Source: Lentimicrobiaceae bacterium
GTDB lineage: Bacteria > Bacteroidota > Bacteroidia > Bacteroidales > JAAYJT01
Assembly: GCA_037445555.1 (NCBI GenBank)
Contig: JBBIKG010000008.1
Coordinates: forward strand, 14,945-78,944
Reading direction: 5' to 3'
DNA length: 64,000 nucleotides
The position numbers and the translations under genes were made by a program. The notes under the pieces were generated by a model that was given only the letters and a program-made list of their open reading frames with translations, ran no database searches and was not told where the DNA came from. Of this stretch, positions 30,395-39,926 are shown in pieces; positions within the stretch are counted from its first letter, which is position 1, and each line of letters starts with the position of its first letter.

Positions 30395-30436
30395 GCCAGC
30401 AGAAATTTCATCCCCTGTGGTTCAAATATTAGCCGT

Positions 30437-30901
30437 ATGAAACACCGTCAAATCACCTCCCGGAATACTCTGGATGAAATTATCCGGAAATGCAGCTTTT
30501 GCTCGGTAGCCATGGTCGATCAGCACCAGCGTCCCTATGTATTGCCGATGAATTTCGGATACGAAGATGGTGTAATCTATCTGCACTCGGCACCAGAGGG
30601 GAAAAAAGTCGATATTCTCAGGACCAATAACCAGGTGTGCATAAACTTTTCGACAGATCTCGAACTGAGGCACCAGAATGAGGAGGTCGCTTGCAGCTAC
30701 GGTATGAAATACAAGAGTGTACTTGCCTTTGGAAAGGTTGAATTTATTGACGATCCGGAAGAGAAACGGAAAATTCTCGACATCCTCATGCGTCAGTACA
30801 CCGGCCGCACAGGATACACCTACAACGACCCGGCTGTAATTAACGTAAAGGTGTATAAAATTGTGGCCGAGAAACTTGAAGGCAGAGTGTATGGCTATTG
30901 A
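30437..30901 (+). CDS. Pyridoxamine-5'-phosphate-oxidase-family (Nim-like flavin-binding split-barrel) protein
   Basis: 154 aa. RPYVLPMNFGYEDGVIYLHSAPEGKK...VLAFGKVEFIDDPEEKRKILDILMRQY resembles the Pyridox_ox_2/Nim family. Confidence 0.7.
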   Translation: MKHRQITSRNTLDEIIRKCSFCSVAMVDQHQRPYVLPMNFGYEDGVIYLHSAPEGKKVDILRTNNQVCINFSTDLELRHQNEEVACSYGMKYKSVLAFGKVEFIDDPEEKRKILDILMRQYTGRTGYTYNDPAVINVKVYKIVAEKLEGRVYGY

Positions 30902-30903
30902 CT

Positions 30904-31506
30904 TTAAAGCCTGCCAGTACAGGTTTGTCTTTTATTAATCTGTCCAAGCACATATTTCATCAGGAAATAAACGAAAGCAGCTTCGATACTTCCAACCATA
31001 GCCCCCACCAGTACATCGCCCGGGTAATGCGCTCCAAGGTATATGCGGCTGTAGCAAACCCCTGCTGCCCAAACCAACATCAGCAGGATGTATGGGTGGT
31101 ATCTACGCCCGATAGCCAATACCATAAACACTGCCAGGGCAAAGCTATTGCTGGCGTGCGAGGAGATAAATCCATACTTGCCCCCGCATCCATCAATGGC
31201 ACGTACCATTCCCTGTAGCGAAGGTTCGTGACATGGCCTCAGCCGCAAAAAAACATTTTTGAAAAGGTGTACTGAAACCTGGTCGCTGATTGTTATGAGC
31301 AGCACAACCATTAACAGCACAACTATTGCCTTGCGCCTGTAGGCTTTAATAACAAGGAAAATCAAAAAGACGTATAATGGTATCCATACAGGTTTGTTAC
31401 TAAGCCAGTACATGAGGAAGTCAGCAACGCCTGAGTGCCAGCTATTCAAAAGCAAAAACACCTGTTGATCGAATTCCAGGATCTGCTCCAGCATAATTTC
31501 AGGCAA
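30904..31506 (-). CDS. PAP2-family phosphatase (undecaprenyl-diphosphatase-like)
   Basis: 200 aa. PAP2 motifs: [27 protein letters not shown]. Multiple TM helices. Confidence 0.85.
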   Translation of the reverse strand: MPEIMLEQILEFDQQVFLLLNSWHSGVADFLMYWLSNKPVWIPLYVFLIFLVIKAYRRKAIVVLLMVVLLITISDQVSVHLFKNVFLRLRPCHEPSLQGMVRAIDGCGGKYGFISSHASNSFALAVFMVLAIGRRYHPYILLMLVWAAGVCYSRIYLGAHYPGDVLVGAMVGSIEAAFVYFLMKYVLGQINKRQTCTGRL

Positions 31507-32497
31507 GGGTTTTGTCCAGGTATTTCCAGAGAAGGTCTTTCAGCTTTTGAAGACCTTTTTGGGCAACGGATGAAATAAACACATACGGGATACCGGGGAG
31601 GTCTGCTTCCATTTCCTTTTCCAATTCCCTGTCAATCAGATCTGCCTTTGTGAGGGCCAGCACCCTCTCCTTATCCAGCAAGTCAGGATTGTAGTTGCGA
31701 AGCTCGCTGAGCAAGGTCTCATACTCTTTACGTATATCGGGGCTATCGACCGATATCATGAATAACAGAAGGGAGTTTCGTTCGATATGTCGCAGAAACC
31801 GGAGTCCGAGACCCTTGCCCTCGCTGGCTCCTTCTATGATGCCTGGAATATCAGCCATGATGAAGGAACGACCGTCTCGGTATGATACAATGCCCAGGTT
31901 TGGCGTGAGGGTAGTAAAAGGGTAGTCGCCAATTTCGGGTTTGGCTGCCGAGAGCACCGATAACAGGGTTGATTTTCCAGCATTAGGAAACCCTACCAGA
32001 CCCACATCGGCCAGAATCTTGAGTTCGAGGATAATCCACGCTTCATCCCCTGGTTCACCGGGCTGGGCATAGCGTGGTGTTTGGTGGGTGGCTGATTTGA
32101 AGTGGTCATTGCCTAATCCGCCGCGGCCTCCGTGGAATAAAATTTTTTCTTCGCCATGCTCAAGCACCTCCAGCAATGTCCGGCCGGTTTCTGCATCCTT
32201 TGCAACAGTACCCAGTGGCACTTCGATGATTACATCCTCGCCCGAAGCTCCGGTCATCAGCTGGCCGCGTCCATTTTCGCCGTCCGGTGCATGAATGTGC
32301 TTGGTATATTTCAGATGCAGCAGGGTCCAGAGTTGGCTGTGGCCCCTGAGTATGATATGGGCACCCCGGCCGCCGTCGCCGCCGTCGGGGCCGCCGCGTG
32401 CCGTAAATCGGGTACGTATGAAATGTACCGACCCGGCGCCACCTTTTCCAGACCGGCAGAATATTTTTACATAATCAACAAAGTTCTGATTACTCAT
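31499..32497 (-). CDS. obg: GTPase Obg/CgtA
   Basis: 332 aa. Motifs: [21 protein letters not shown], glycine-rich Obg fold, [25 protein letters not shown]-like TKADL. Confidence 0.95.
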   Translation of the reverse strand: MSNQNFVDYVKIFCRSGKGGAGSVHFIRTRFTARGGPDGGDGGRGAHIILRGHSQLWTLLHLKYTKHIHAPDGENGRGQLMTGASGEDVIIEVPLGTVAKDAETGRTLLEVLEHGEEKILFHGGRGGLGNDHFKSATHQTPRYAQPGEPGDEAWIILELKILADVGLVGFPNAGKSTLLSVLSAAKPEIGDYPFTTLTPNLGIVSYRDGRSFIMADIPGIIEGASEGKGLGLRFLRHIERNSLLLFMISVDSPDIRKEYETLLSELRNYNPDLLDKERVLALTKADLIDRELEKEMEADLPGIPYVFISSVAQKGLQKLKDLLWKYLDKTLA

Positions 32498-33090
32498 AGG
32501 CCAGACGAAGATTCAACCGGATAGACAGACTCGATAAGGCGGGTAACGCGGCCGAACACCTCGGAAATGGTCCCAAAGCCATCAACGGTGTGATATTTTC
32601 CAAGTGACTTGTAAAAACACGCGACCGGGGCGGTTTTGTTCTTATATTCCTGCATGCGGAAGTTGATCACATCCGGAGTATCGTCGCTGCGGCCTTCCAG
32701 TTTTGATCGCTCCAGCATGCGTTTGATCAGTTCTTCCTGGGGCACCTCAAGGCTGAGCATACAGGTTAGTGATGTTCCCTTTTGCGAAAGGAGTTTTTCA
32801 AGGCCTTCAGCCTGAACCACCGTGCGCGGAAATCCGTCAAACAACATGCCCTTATTCCTCAAACACTTGCTGATTCGCTTACCCACAATCTCGAAAATCA
32901 ATTCATCGCTCACAAGCTCACCGCGATCAATAATTTTTTTTGCCGCCATCCCCAATTCTGTCTTTTCGGCAATCTCTTTACGAAGAATTTCGCCGGTTGA
33001 GAGATAGGTAAGTTGATATTTTTCCTGCAACAGTTTCGACTGGGTTCCTTTTCCCGCTCCGGGAGGCCCGAAAAGTGCTATGTTCAGCAT
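32494..33090 (-). CDS. adk: Adenylate kinase
   Basis: Start taken at [17 protein letters not shown] (the track start is 12 nt upstream). GFPRT motif present. There is a 4-nt overlap with the obg start. Confidence 0.9.
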   Translation of the reverse strand: MLNIALFGPPGAGKGTQSKLLQEKYQLTYLSTGEILRKEIAEKTELGMAAKKIIDRGELVSDELIFEIVGKRISKCLRNKGMLFDGFPRTVVQAEGLEKLLSQKGTSLTCMLSLEVPQEELIKRMLERSKLEGRSDDTPDVINFRMQEYKNKTAPVACFYKSLGKYHTVDGFGTISEVFGRVTRLIESVYPVESSSGL

Positions 33091-33127
33091 GTTAATAGAC
33101 ATTGGCAGTTATGGCTAAAACGATTGC

Positions 33128-33664
33128 CTATGAAATCACTCTGTAGATGTCCGGAAGATTGCGACCCAGGCCGTCATAATCCAGCCCGTAACCCACGATA
33201 AAGTCGTTCGGGATTTCCATTCCCACATAATCTATTTTCAGATCTTTACGCAAAGCCTTGGGTTTGAGCAGGAACGTAGCCACCTTAACCTCGGCTGCCT
33301 CCTGTTCCCTGAGTCGTATTACTATGTCATCCATGGTATGGCCTGTGTCGATAATATCTTCGACCACCACCACGGTCCGGCCTTTCAGCACCTCATTCAA
33401 CCCCATCAACTCTTTGATCTTCTCGGTTGATTGTGTCCCGCTGTAAGAGGATAAACGCATAAAGGAAATTTCGCAGCCAAAATTCATTTTACGCAGCAGG
33501 TCGGCGGCAAAAACGAATGCCCCACTAAGGATAACCAGGAAAAGCGGATTTTTTGTACTCAGATCCCTGTTCATCTGAATGGCCATTTCTTCCACGGCCT
33601 TCTGTATCTCTTCCTCTCGAATAAAGAGCTCAAACGAACGATTATGCAAGGTGATTGTTTTCAT
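33128..33664 (-). CDS. hpt: Hypoxanthine phosphoribosyltransferase
   Basis: 178 aa with PRPP-binding motif VVVVEDIIDTGHTM and C-terminal FIVGYGLDY. Confidence 0.9.
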   Translation of the reverse strand: MKTITLHNRSFELFIREEEIQKAVEEMAIQMNRDLSTKNPLFLVILSGAFVFAADLLRKMNFGCEISFMRLSSYSGTQSTEKIKELMGLNEVLKGRTVVVVEDIIDTGHTMDDIVIRLREQEAAEVKVATFLLKPKALRKDLKIDYVGMEIPNDFIVGYGLDYDGLGRNLPDIYRVIS

Positions 33665-33730
33665 ATGAAAATCCCAAACCTTTATTCAGAACAGAAATTA
33701 GTTGCTGACAGTATTTTTGATACCAGAATG

Positions 33731-33738
33731 CAAACCTA
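33731..33738 (-). promoter_or_regulatory. -7 box TAGGTTTG (minus strand)
   Basis: Plus strand caaaccta, about 65 nt upstream of the hpt start. Confidence 0.35.
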
Positions 33739-33837
33739 CGTCAATTTCACCACATACGGCTCATTGTACCATAATGGTTTGACTTTTGTCTCACCGAACA
33801 GATGACACCTGTGGTCAGATCCCTGATTTACTTGCGA

Positions 33838-35040
33838 TCACACCGCTTCAATCACTGCAGCAATGCCCTGGCCTACACCAATACACATGGTACAGAGGGC
33901 TTTTCTGCGACCTGTTTGCCTTAGCTGGTGCGCGGCGGTGGTAATTAATCTTGCCCCGCTCATACCGAGAGGATGTCCCAGGGCTATTGCGCCGCCATAC
34001 CTGTTTATTCTTGGGTCTTGATCGTCAAGGTTCAAGCTGCGGATGCAGGCCAGGGCCTGAGCGGCAAATGCTTCATTCAGTTCTATGATGTCCATCTGAT
34101 CTATCGACAGGGAAAGCCTGTTGAGCAGTTTTGCGGTGGCCGGCACCGGCCCTATACCCATGACACGAGGTAAAACACCTGCTGTAGCAACGCCTAAAAC
34201 GCGGGCCATAGGTTCCAGCCTGAATCGTCTGACGGCTGAATCAGAGGCGATCAGCAGTGCGGCAGCACCATCGTTTATGCCTGAAGAGTTCCCTGCAGTG
34301 ATAGTGCCTTCAGGGCGTGTGAGCGGTTTCAGGGCTGCAAGTTTTTCAGCGGAGGTAGGCCTCGGATGCTCGTCAGCGGATACCATGAGGGGATCACTTT
34401 TTCGTTGTGGGATCACCACTGGAACAGTTTCCGCTTCAAAATACCTGTTTTGCTGAGCTTCCAAGGCCTTTTCCTGACTCCAGAGGGCAAAGGCATCCTG
34501 GTCTTCACGACTGATATTCATTTCAGTCGCAAGATTTTCGGCTGTCTCCATCATCGAATCGATACCGTATCGTTTTTCAATGGCCGGGTTTACAAACCGC
34601 CAACCGAGCGTAGTGTCATACATTTTTACAGATCTTGAAAAAGGTTCAGTGGCCTTATCCATCACAAACGGGGCGCGCGACATGCTTTCCACCCCACCTG
34701 CAATGACCAGGTCGGTTTCACCAGCCATGATTGCCCTGGCCGCCATTCCGACAGCATCCATGCCCGACCCGCAAAGCCTGTTAACCGTAACCCCTGAAAT
34801 GGTTTCAGGCAAGCCTGCCAGCAGCAGGGCCAAACGTGCTACATTCCGGTTGTCCTCTCCTGCCTGGTTGGCACATCCGGCCATGACATCATCAAGCTGT
34901 GTCCAATCGACACCGGCATGGCGCTGCGCGAGTTCACGAATCACATATGCCAGCAGATCGTCAGGCCTGACTGGTGACAACGCCCCGCCATAACGGCCAA
35001 TCGGTGTCCGAAGAGCATCAATAATATAGGCTTCTTTCAT
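33838..35040 (-). CDS. Acetyl-CoA C-acyltransferase (thiolase)
   Basis: Start taken at [15 protein letters not shown]. Motifs: [11 protein letters not shown] (active-site Cys), [30 protein letters not shown]. Confidence 0.9.
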   Translation of the reverse strand: MKEAYIIDALRTPIGRYGGALSPVRPDDLLAYVIRELAQRHAGVDWTQLDDVMAGCANQAGEDNRNVARLALLLAGLPETISGVTVNRLCGSGMDAVGMAARAIMAGETDLVIAGGVESMSRAPFVMDKATEPFSRSVKMYDTTLGWRFVNPAIEKRYGIDSMMETAENLATEMNISREDQDAFALWSQEKALEAQQNRYFEAETVPVVIPQRKSDPLMVSADEHPRPTSAEKLAALKPLTRPEGTITAGNSSGINDGAAALLIASDSAVRRFRLEPMARVLGVATAGVLPRVMGIGPVPATAKLLNRLSLSIDQMDIIELNEAFAAQALACIRSLNLDDQDPRINRYGGAIALGHPLGMSGARLITTAAHQLRQTGRRKALCTMCIGVGQGIAAVIEAV

Positions 35041-35105
35041 CTTTAATATAATTTTGGCCGAGAGGTCACCAGAGTATCCCACTGATGATCAACTATATGA
35101 ATTTC

Positions 35106-36455
35106 TCAGGCAATAATCTTTTCGAGATCGGCTTTAAAGTATCTAAAGGCTCCCAACATTGCTTCCGCAAGTCGATCAACTTCAAACTGGGTTAAGGCGG
35201 TTGAAAACATGCAGGACAAAGTGTTCACCATCATTATCCTTTCCCGGTGAAACAGATAATTCAGTATCTCATCCACGAGCGCTGCGGTTTCTTTTGGTTG
35301 ATAGGCTTCGCGGTAGGTAGCGGGTGGTGTTTGTTGTAGATGAATACGGAACATAGAACCGGCCCCTGTCAGCGATACCGGCACATCGGCGACTCTGACG
35401 GCCTCTTCAATCTGGTCCATTGCCTTGCGGGTCATCTGGTTAAGCCGCTGAACAGCCAGTTGATCAAACAGTTCCATGGCCACCCTTCCGGCGGTTGTTG
35501 TAATCGGATTTGCTGAAAACGTTCCGGAGTGCGGAAAGAGCAGTTTGCTCATACGCGGATCCAGCACCTGCATCACTTCGGTGCGGCCGCCGAATGCGCC
35601 AACAGGGAAACCTCCACCGATGATTTTTCCAAAAGCCGTAAGATCGGGACGAACCGAGTATCTTTCCTGCGCACCGCCATATCCAACCCTGAAAGTCACC
35701 ACTTCATCAAAAACCAGCAGGGCACCATGTTTTCTGGTCCAGGCATGAACAGCCTCCACAAACTCATCGCTTGCAGGCACCAGGCCTACGCGATGCGGCA
35801 CCGGGTCGAGCAAAACACAGGCAATGCTGCCGGCATGCCGGTCAAGAATGGTTAGCGTTTTCTCAACATCGTTGAACGGGAAAATGATCACATCCTCAAG
35901 CACACCCTTGGGTGTGCCATATGCCAGCGGAACACTACTGGGATTCTCAACATCTCCCCAATTCGCAGGATTGGATGTTTGGCTCACTTCGGCATAGTCG
36001 TAGGTGCCATGATACGCCCCTTCAGCCTTTGCAATTTTTGGCCGTCCGGTAAACGCTCTGGCTGCCTTGATCATGGCCATGACTGCTTCGGTGCCTGAAT
36101 TCACGAAACGTATTTTCTCGAGTCCTGCAACACGCTGCGTCATCAGCCTGGCAAACTGAACTTCGGCCTCAGTAGCCATGGTGTATGCAGTGCCCTTGGT
36201 CAGCTGTTCAACAACGGCTGCAACAATAGCCGGGTGTGCGTGACCATGTATCAGCGAAGCCATGTTATTGGCAAAATCGACTCGGCAAACTCCGTCCACA
36301 TCGGTGACATAACAACCAGAGGCGTATGACGCGTAATGGGGATGAGGTTTCTGGAAAACTGTGTTGCGGCTGACACCGCCGGCAATGAACTGACATGCCA
36401 GTTCATACAGGCTCCCGCTTTTTTTATCCTGCTGTTGGTCTGATTGATTTGTCAT
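35106..36455 (-). CDS. Class-III (GSA-2,1-aminomutase-like) PLP aminotransferase; candidate beta-amino acid / beta-aminoacyl transaminase
   Basis: Start chosen at MTNQSDQ (M53 of the track ORF); alternatives are at 36548 and 36611. Motifs: GGVSRN, FVNSGTEA, LVFDEVVTFR, FGKIIGGGFPVGAFGG (Schiff-base Lys context). Confidence 0.75.
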   Translation of the reverse strand: MTNQSDQQQDKKSGSLYELACQFIAGGVSRNTVFQKPHPHYASYASGCYVTDVDGVCRVDFANNMASLIHGHAHPAIVAAVVEQLTKGTAYTMATEAEVQFARLMTQRVAGLEKIRFVNSGTEAVMAMIKAARAFTGRPKIAKAEGAYHGTYDYAEVSQTSNPANWGDVENPSSVPLAYGTPKGVLEDVIIFPFNDVEKTLTILDRHAGSIACVLLDPVPHRVGLVPASDEFVEAVHAWTRKHGALLVFDEVVTFRVGYGGAQERYSVRPDLTAFGKIIGGGFPVGAFGGRTEVMQVLDPRMSKLLFPHSGTFSANPITTTAGRVAMELFDQLAVQRLNQMTRKAMDQIEEAVRVADVPVSLTGAGSMFRIHLQQTPPATYREAYQPKETAALVDEILNYLFHRERIMMVNTLSCMFSTALTQFEVDRLAEAMLGAFRYFKADLEKIIA

Positions 36456-36588
36456 TCCGCGGTAAGGCGTTGAATTAATATGATTTTCCGTAAAGCAGAT
36501 TTTTCTGGGTACTGACAATTTGCCGTTGTGGCCGGCAGCAATATTCATTGCATTTTTATAAGTGTTTATGCCCTTCCTTTTTGATGTA

Positions 36589-37245
36589 TCAATACGTGAA
36601 AAGCCTGGCATCGGTTTTCTCCTGAAGGTATCCGAAGCTTACACCTGGAGCCATCTCCCTGACAAAAAGCTTGTTGTCGAACACATCAATCACTGCAAGA
36701 TTGGTATAGATACGGTTTACCACTCCTTTGCCGGTCAGGGGATAGGTGCACTCTCCTACAATCTTGGATTCTCCGGTTTTTGTATTGTGCTGGCTTATCA
36801 CATAGATTGTCTTCACGCCGGCCACAAGATCCATTGCTCCACCCACGGCGGGAATGGCATCGGGTTCACCCGTTGACCAGTTGGCCAGGTCGCCCGATTC
36901 TGACACCTGCAAGGCTCCGAGAACGCAGACATCGATATGTCCTCCGCGTATCATGGTGAAGCTATCAGCGTGATGAAAAAAACATGCGCCCGGGATGGCT
37001 GTGACGCATTTCTTTCCGGCATTGATCAGCTCCGGATCTTCAGAACCCCGAGCGGCGGTCGGTCCCATACCAAGCATGCCATTTTCAGTATGGTAGATCA
37101 CTTCGCGGCCTTCGGGCACAAAAGTGGCTACCAGCTCTGGAATTCCAATTCCGAGGTTGACGTATGCCCCATCCGGTATGTCCGATGCCACCTTGCGGGC
37201 CACTTCATTCATATCCCACCCTATGGGTGTGTCACTGGCTACCAT
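36589..37245 (-). CDS. 3-oxoacid CoA-transferase subunit B
   Basis: 218 aa with the typical YVNLGIGIP and TENGMLGMGP (catalytic Glu context) motifs. It overlaps subunit A by 7 nt. Confidence 0.9.
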   Translation of the reverse strand: MVASDTPIGWDMNEVARKVASDIPDGAYVNLGIGIPELVATFVPEGREVIYHTENGMLGMGPTAARGSEDPELINAGKKCVTAIPGACFFHHADSFTMIRGGHIDVCVLGALQVSESGDLANWSTGEPDAIPAVGGAMDLVAGVKTIYVISQHNTKTGESKIVGECTYPLTGKGVVNRIYTNLAVIDVFDNKLFVREMAPGVSFGYLQEKTDARLFTY

Positions 37246-37952
37246 GGGTACCTCCTTTGTTCTGCTATCAGTCTCGATTCGTCGGCAGGGTTTGCAACCT
37301 GAACAACCCTTGAAACAAAAATTCCCGGTGTGATAATGGATTCAGGATCAAGCCAGCCTACTTCAACAATTTCTCTGGCCTGAACAATGGTGGTGCCGGC
37401 GGCGGTGCACATAACCGGCCCAAAATTTCGGGCTGTTTTATTGTACACTAGATTTCCGTAACGGTCGGCAGCCTTGCATTTTACCAGAGCAAAATCGGCG
37501 CGGATGCCATATTCCATCACGTACTTCTTCCCTTTGAACAGCCTGATCTCCTTGCCTTCGGCCAGCACAGTATCGACACCCGAGGGCGTGAAGAATGCAG
37601 GAATGCCTGCCCCGCCAGCTCTGATGCGCTCGGCAAGAGTACCCTGGGGTACAAGTTCGAGTTCAATTTCGCCGTTGCGGTATAATTCAGGAAAAGCGAC
37701 CGAGGCGGCGCTGCGGGGAAAAGAACAGACCACCTTGCTCACCTGACGGTTGGCAATCAGCGCAGCCAATCCCACATAGCCGTTGCCGGTATTATTGCTT
37801 ATCACGGTCAGGTTCTTCACACCGTGGTCCACCAGGGCATGTATCAGTTCAACCGGGCTGCCTGCCTCACCAAAACCACTGATCAGAACAGATGCTCCGT
37901 CAAAAATATCCGACACCGCTTCTGCAACAGATCCGACAATCTTATTTATCAT
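37239..37952 (-). CDS. 3-oxoacid CoA-transferase subunit A
   Basis: 237 aa. Motifs: GASVLISGFGEAGSP, LTVISNN, ELVPQGTLAERIRAGGAGIPAFFTPSG. Confidence 0.9.
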   Translation of the reverse strand: MINKIVGSVAEAVSDIFDGASVLISGFGEAGSPVELIHALVDHGVKNLTVISNNTGNGYVGLAALIANRQVSKVVCSFPRSAASVAFPELYRNGEIELELVPQGTLAERIRAGGAGIPAFFTPSGVDTVLAEGKEIRLFKGKKYVMEYGIRADFALVKCKAADRYGNLVYNKTARNFGPVMCTAAGTTIVQAREIVEVGWLDPESIITPGIFVSRVVQVANPADESRLIAEQRRYPW

Positions 37953-37967
37953 AATAACCTCGGTTTA

Positions 37968-39554
37968 TTACCTGTTTTTTTGCCTGACTTCCTGAATGCT
38001 TTGGAGCAGAAGGTTTTCAATCTCCACCAGTTCATCTTCGTAGAAATGCTTCTCAGACCCGTAGGGCTTCAGGTGAGCGATGGTGTTTTCCTTTTCGTCG
38101 TAGTAGGCAAGAAAAACCTTATCCATCCATTCCATGTTGCGCCCTTCGTTAAACTTAAGAGCAAACAATTTTTGTCCGTTCAGTTCAAGAGTGCCAAGCA
38201 GGGAAATTTTACCGGCGGATGAAGTCATGGTGATGTAGCGCGAAGGCCTGTTGATGGACGGCAGGGAGCGGTATACCATACTGAATACTTTGTCGATCTG
38301 AGCCAGGGGCTGGGTGAAGTAATGGTGCTCTCCGGTAGGTCGGGCGCAGTACATCGAATGAAATCCAATGCCAAGCATGGCAAACAGATTTCCAAGGTCA
38401 ATCCAGTTACCGGCTGATCGATCCACATCCACATTGCCATTTTCGTCCTGGAACAGGCTGATATGATTCATAACCGGGCTTTGGCTTTTGACGGTGGCTC
38501 CATGAGCTTTCAGTCGTCGAATGGCGGCAATGGTGCTAGGGTTCATCAGCTCGCGTGGAGTTGAAAAATGCGACATAAACACCAACTGAATCCCATTGTC
38601 GTAGAGTTTGCGGAATAATTTGAGCATTGGATCGTATTCCCGGGTAATGATCATTTCAGGGTGATACGTGAGCACACGAGTACCGAGGCGAATTGTCTTA
38701 ATATGGCTGAGTTCGGGATCATCAATGATTGGCGTTATATACTCCTCAAAGCGGCTGGCTTTAATCAGCCCTGCATCGCCACCGGTGATAAGCAGATCTG
38801 TTACCTCCTTGTGCTGCTTCAGGTACTGGTGGATCTGATGCACCTCTTTCTGGATAAACATATCGTCATCGCCCCTAACCTGCGCATGCCTGAAACAGTA
38901 GTTGCAGAAAGCGAAGCAGTTCTGGGTTTGCACATCAAAAACAAGCTTGCATTGCGGATATTTATGCTGGCTGCCTTCCACCACCTCAAATTCACCGTCT
39001 TCGTTGATGAAAGTGGGCTTATTTAATTGTTGTTTACCGTCGTGCGGGTTGGTTTCCCTGATGTATTCGCGGGCTATTTTCTCACGTTCCTTGTCAGATC
39101 TGGCTTCGAGGTATTTTTTAGTGACGTCGGCCCTCATCATACCTGGTTGCGGGAAGACGAGCTGAAATACAGAATCCTTTTCAAAATTAGCCCAGTTGAT
39201 AGTGTTGAGCACGTGCTTGGTGGCCATAAACCGATACACTCTGATAAATAATTCGCGCTCGTCGAGATGGCCGATTTTGATTCCGTGATCTGCAAGTACC
39301 TGAACTATTTCTCTGAACCCGCTGATGCCTGAATAATGTTTCTTTTCGTTAAACAGGAATTCGGCATCTTCGTTGAATCCGCTGTATTGCGGATAGGCAA
39401 GGTGCAGGCGGTGCAGTAAACCCTTAGGCAATAGTTCTTCGTGGCGGATAATAGTTTTGGTTTCTTCCGTGAAATGAAAGCGGCCCATTATGGCTTCGAT
39501 GTGCGTGTCTGAAAAGATGCTTTCGTCAACTGAGGTTATCGCTTTATGACTCAT
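37968..39554 (-). CDS. KamA-family radical-SAM/PLP 2,3-aminomutase homolog, extended form (528 aa)
   Basis: CFAFCNYCFRH (CxxxCxxC), LLITGGDAGL (GGD SAM motif), IRLGTRV, and SSAGK at the position of the KamA PLP lysine (GGGGK). Confidence 0.8.
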   Translation of the reverse strand: MSHKAITSVDESIFSDTHIEAIMGRFHFTEETKTIIRHEELLPKGLLHRLHLAYPQYSGFNEDAEFLFNEKKHYSGISGFREIVQVLADHGIKIGHLDERELFIRVYRFMATKHVLNTINWANFEKDSVFQLVFPQPGMMRADVTKKYLEARSDKEREKIAREYIRETNPHDGKQQLNKPTFINEDGEFEVVEGSQHKYPQCKLVFDVQTQNCFAFCNYCFRHAQVRGDDDMFIQKEVHQIHQYLKQHKEVTDLLITGGDAGLIKASRFEEYITPIIDDPELSHIKTIRLGTRVLTYHPEMIITREYDPMLKLFRKLYDNGIQLVFMSHFSTPRELMNPSTIAAIRRLKAHGATVKSQSPVMNHISLFQDENGNVDVDRSAGNWIDLGNLFAMLGIGFHSMYCARPTGEHHYFTQPLAQIDKVFSMVYRSLPSINRPSRYITMTSSAGKISLLGTLELNGQKLFALKFNEGRNMEWMDKVFLAYYDEKENTIAHLKPYGSEKHFYEDELVEIENLLLQSIQEVRQKNR

Positions 39555-39680
39555 GAGTAATTGATGTTTTTTATTTACCGTTCACAAGGCTGTCGACCCA
39601 TTCCGGAAATCCTGACTATCAAGCTAAAACCTTTAACGATAGTGCCTTGCAAACCCAATAAGTGACGGGTTAATTTATGG

Positions 39681-39688
39681 CAAATGTA
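39681..39688 (-). promoter_or_regulatory. -7 box TACATTTG (minus strand) for the aminomutase operon
   Basis: Plus strand caaatgta. It implies a leader of about 120 nt before the ATG at 39554. Confidence 0.35.
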
Positions 39689-39897
39689 TGGATATTTGGG
39701 CAGACCGCAGGCTATTTTAATATTGCAAAAAGAATTTTTTCGGTGTTATGGTGGGTATGAATAAACCGGGGCGGCTTGTATTCCCGATAGCCCTGGGGGT
39801 AAACTGCGATGCCCACAGAAATATACTGCTGAATATGAGGATAATGTACCTGCACGCGTAAGGCTTCGATTTTTTGACAACCTGCAGGGTTTTGAAT

Positions 39898-39905
39898 TAT
39901 ATTTG
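39898..39905 (+). promoter_or_regulatory. -7 box TATATTTG
   Basis: Matches TAnnTTTG, 21 nt upstream of ATG 39927. It lies inside the track's TTG-extended ORF, which argues for the ATG start. Confidence 0.45.
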
Positions 39906-39926
39906 CGACCATATTCCAATGCAACC

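Noticed and set aside
36456-36611. The track's 5' extension of the aminotransferase ORF, overlapping the CoA-transferase B stop. Similar TTG- or ATG-extended starts occur for trkA, the MATE gene, the O-antigen ligase, the holin-like gene, the thiolase, adk and the R-M gene.
   Set aside because: The extensions lack family-conserved sequence and in several cases contain the gene's own TAnnTTTG promoter box. Downstream starts matching typical family N-termini were preferred. The exact starts remain uncertain.
39555-39688. Leader of about 120 nt upstream of the KamA-family gene; considered a lysine (L-box) or other riboswitch.
   Set aside because: It is too short for an L-box, and I could not see that motif's conserved core or any other riboswitch signature. 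It contains only a modest ctatc/gatag stem. An Rfam scan would settle it.
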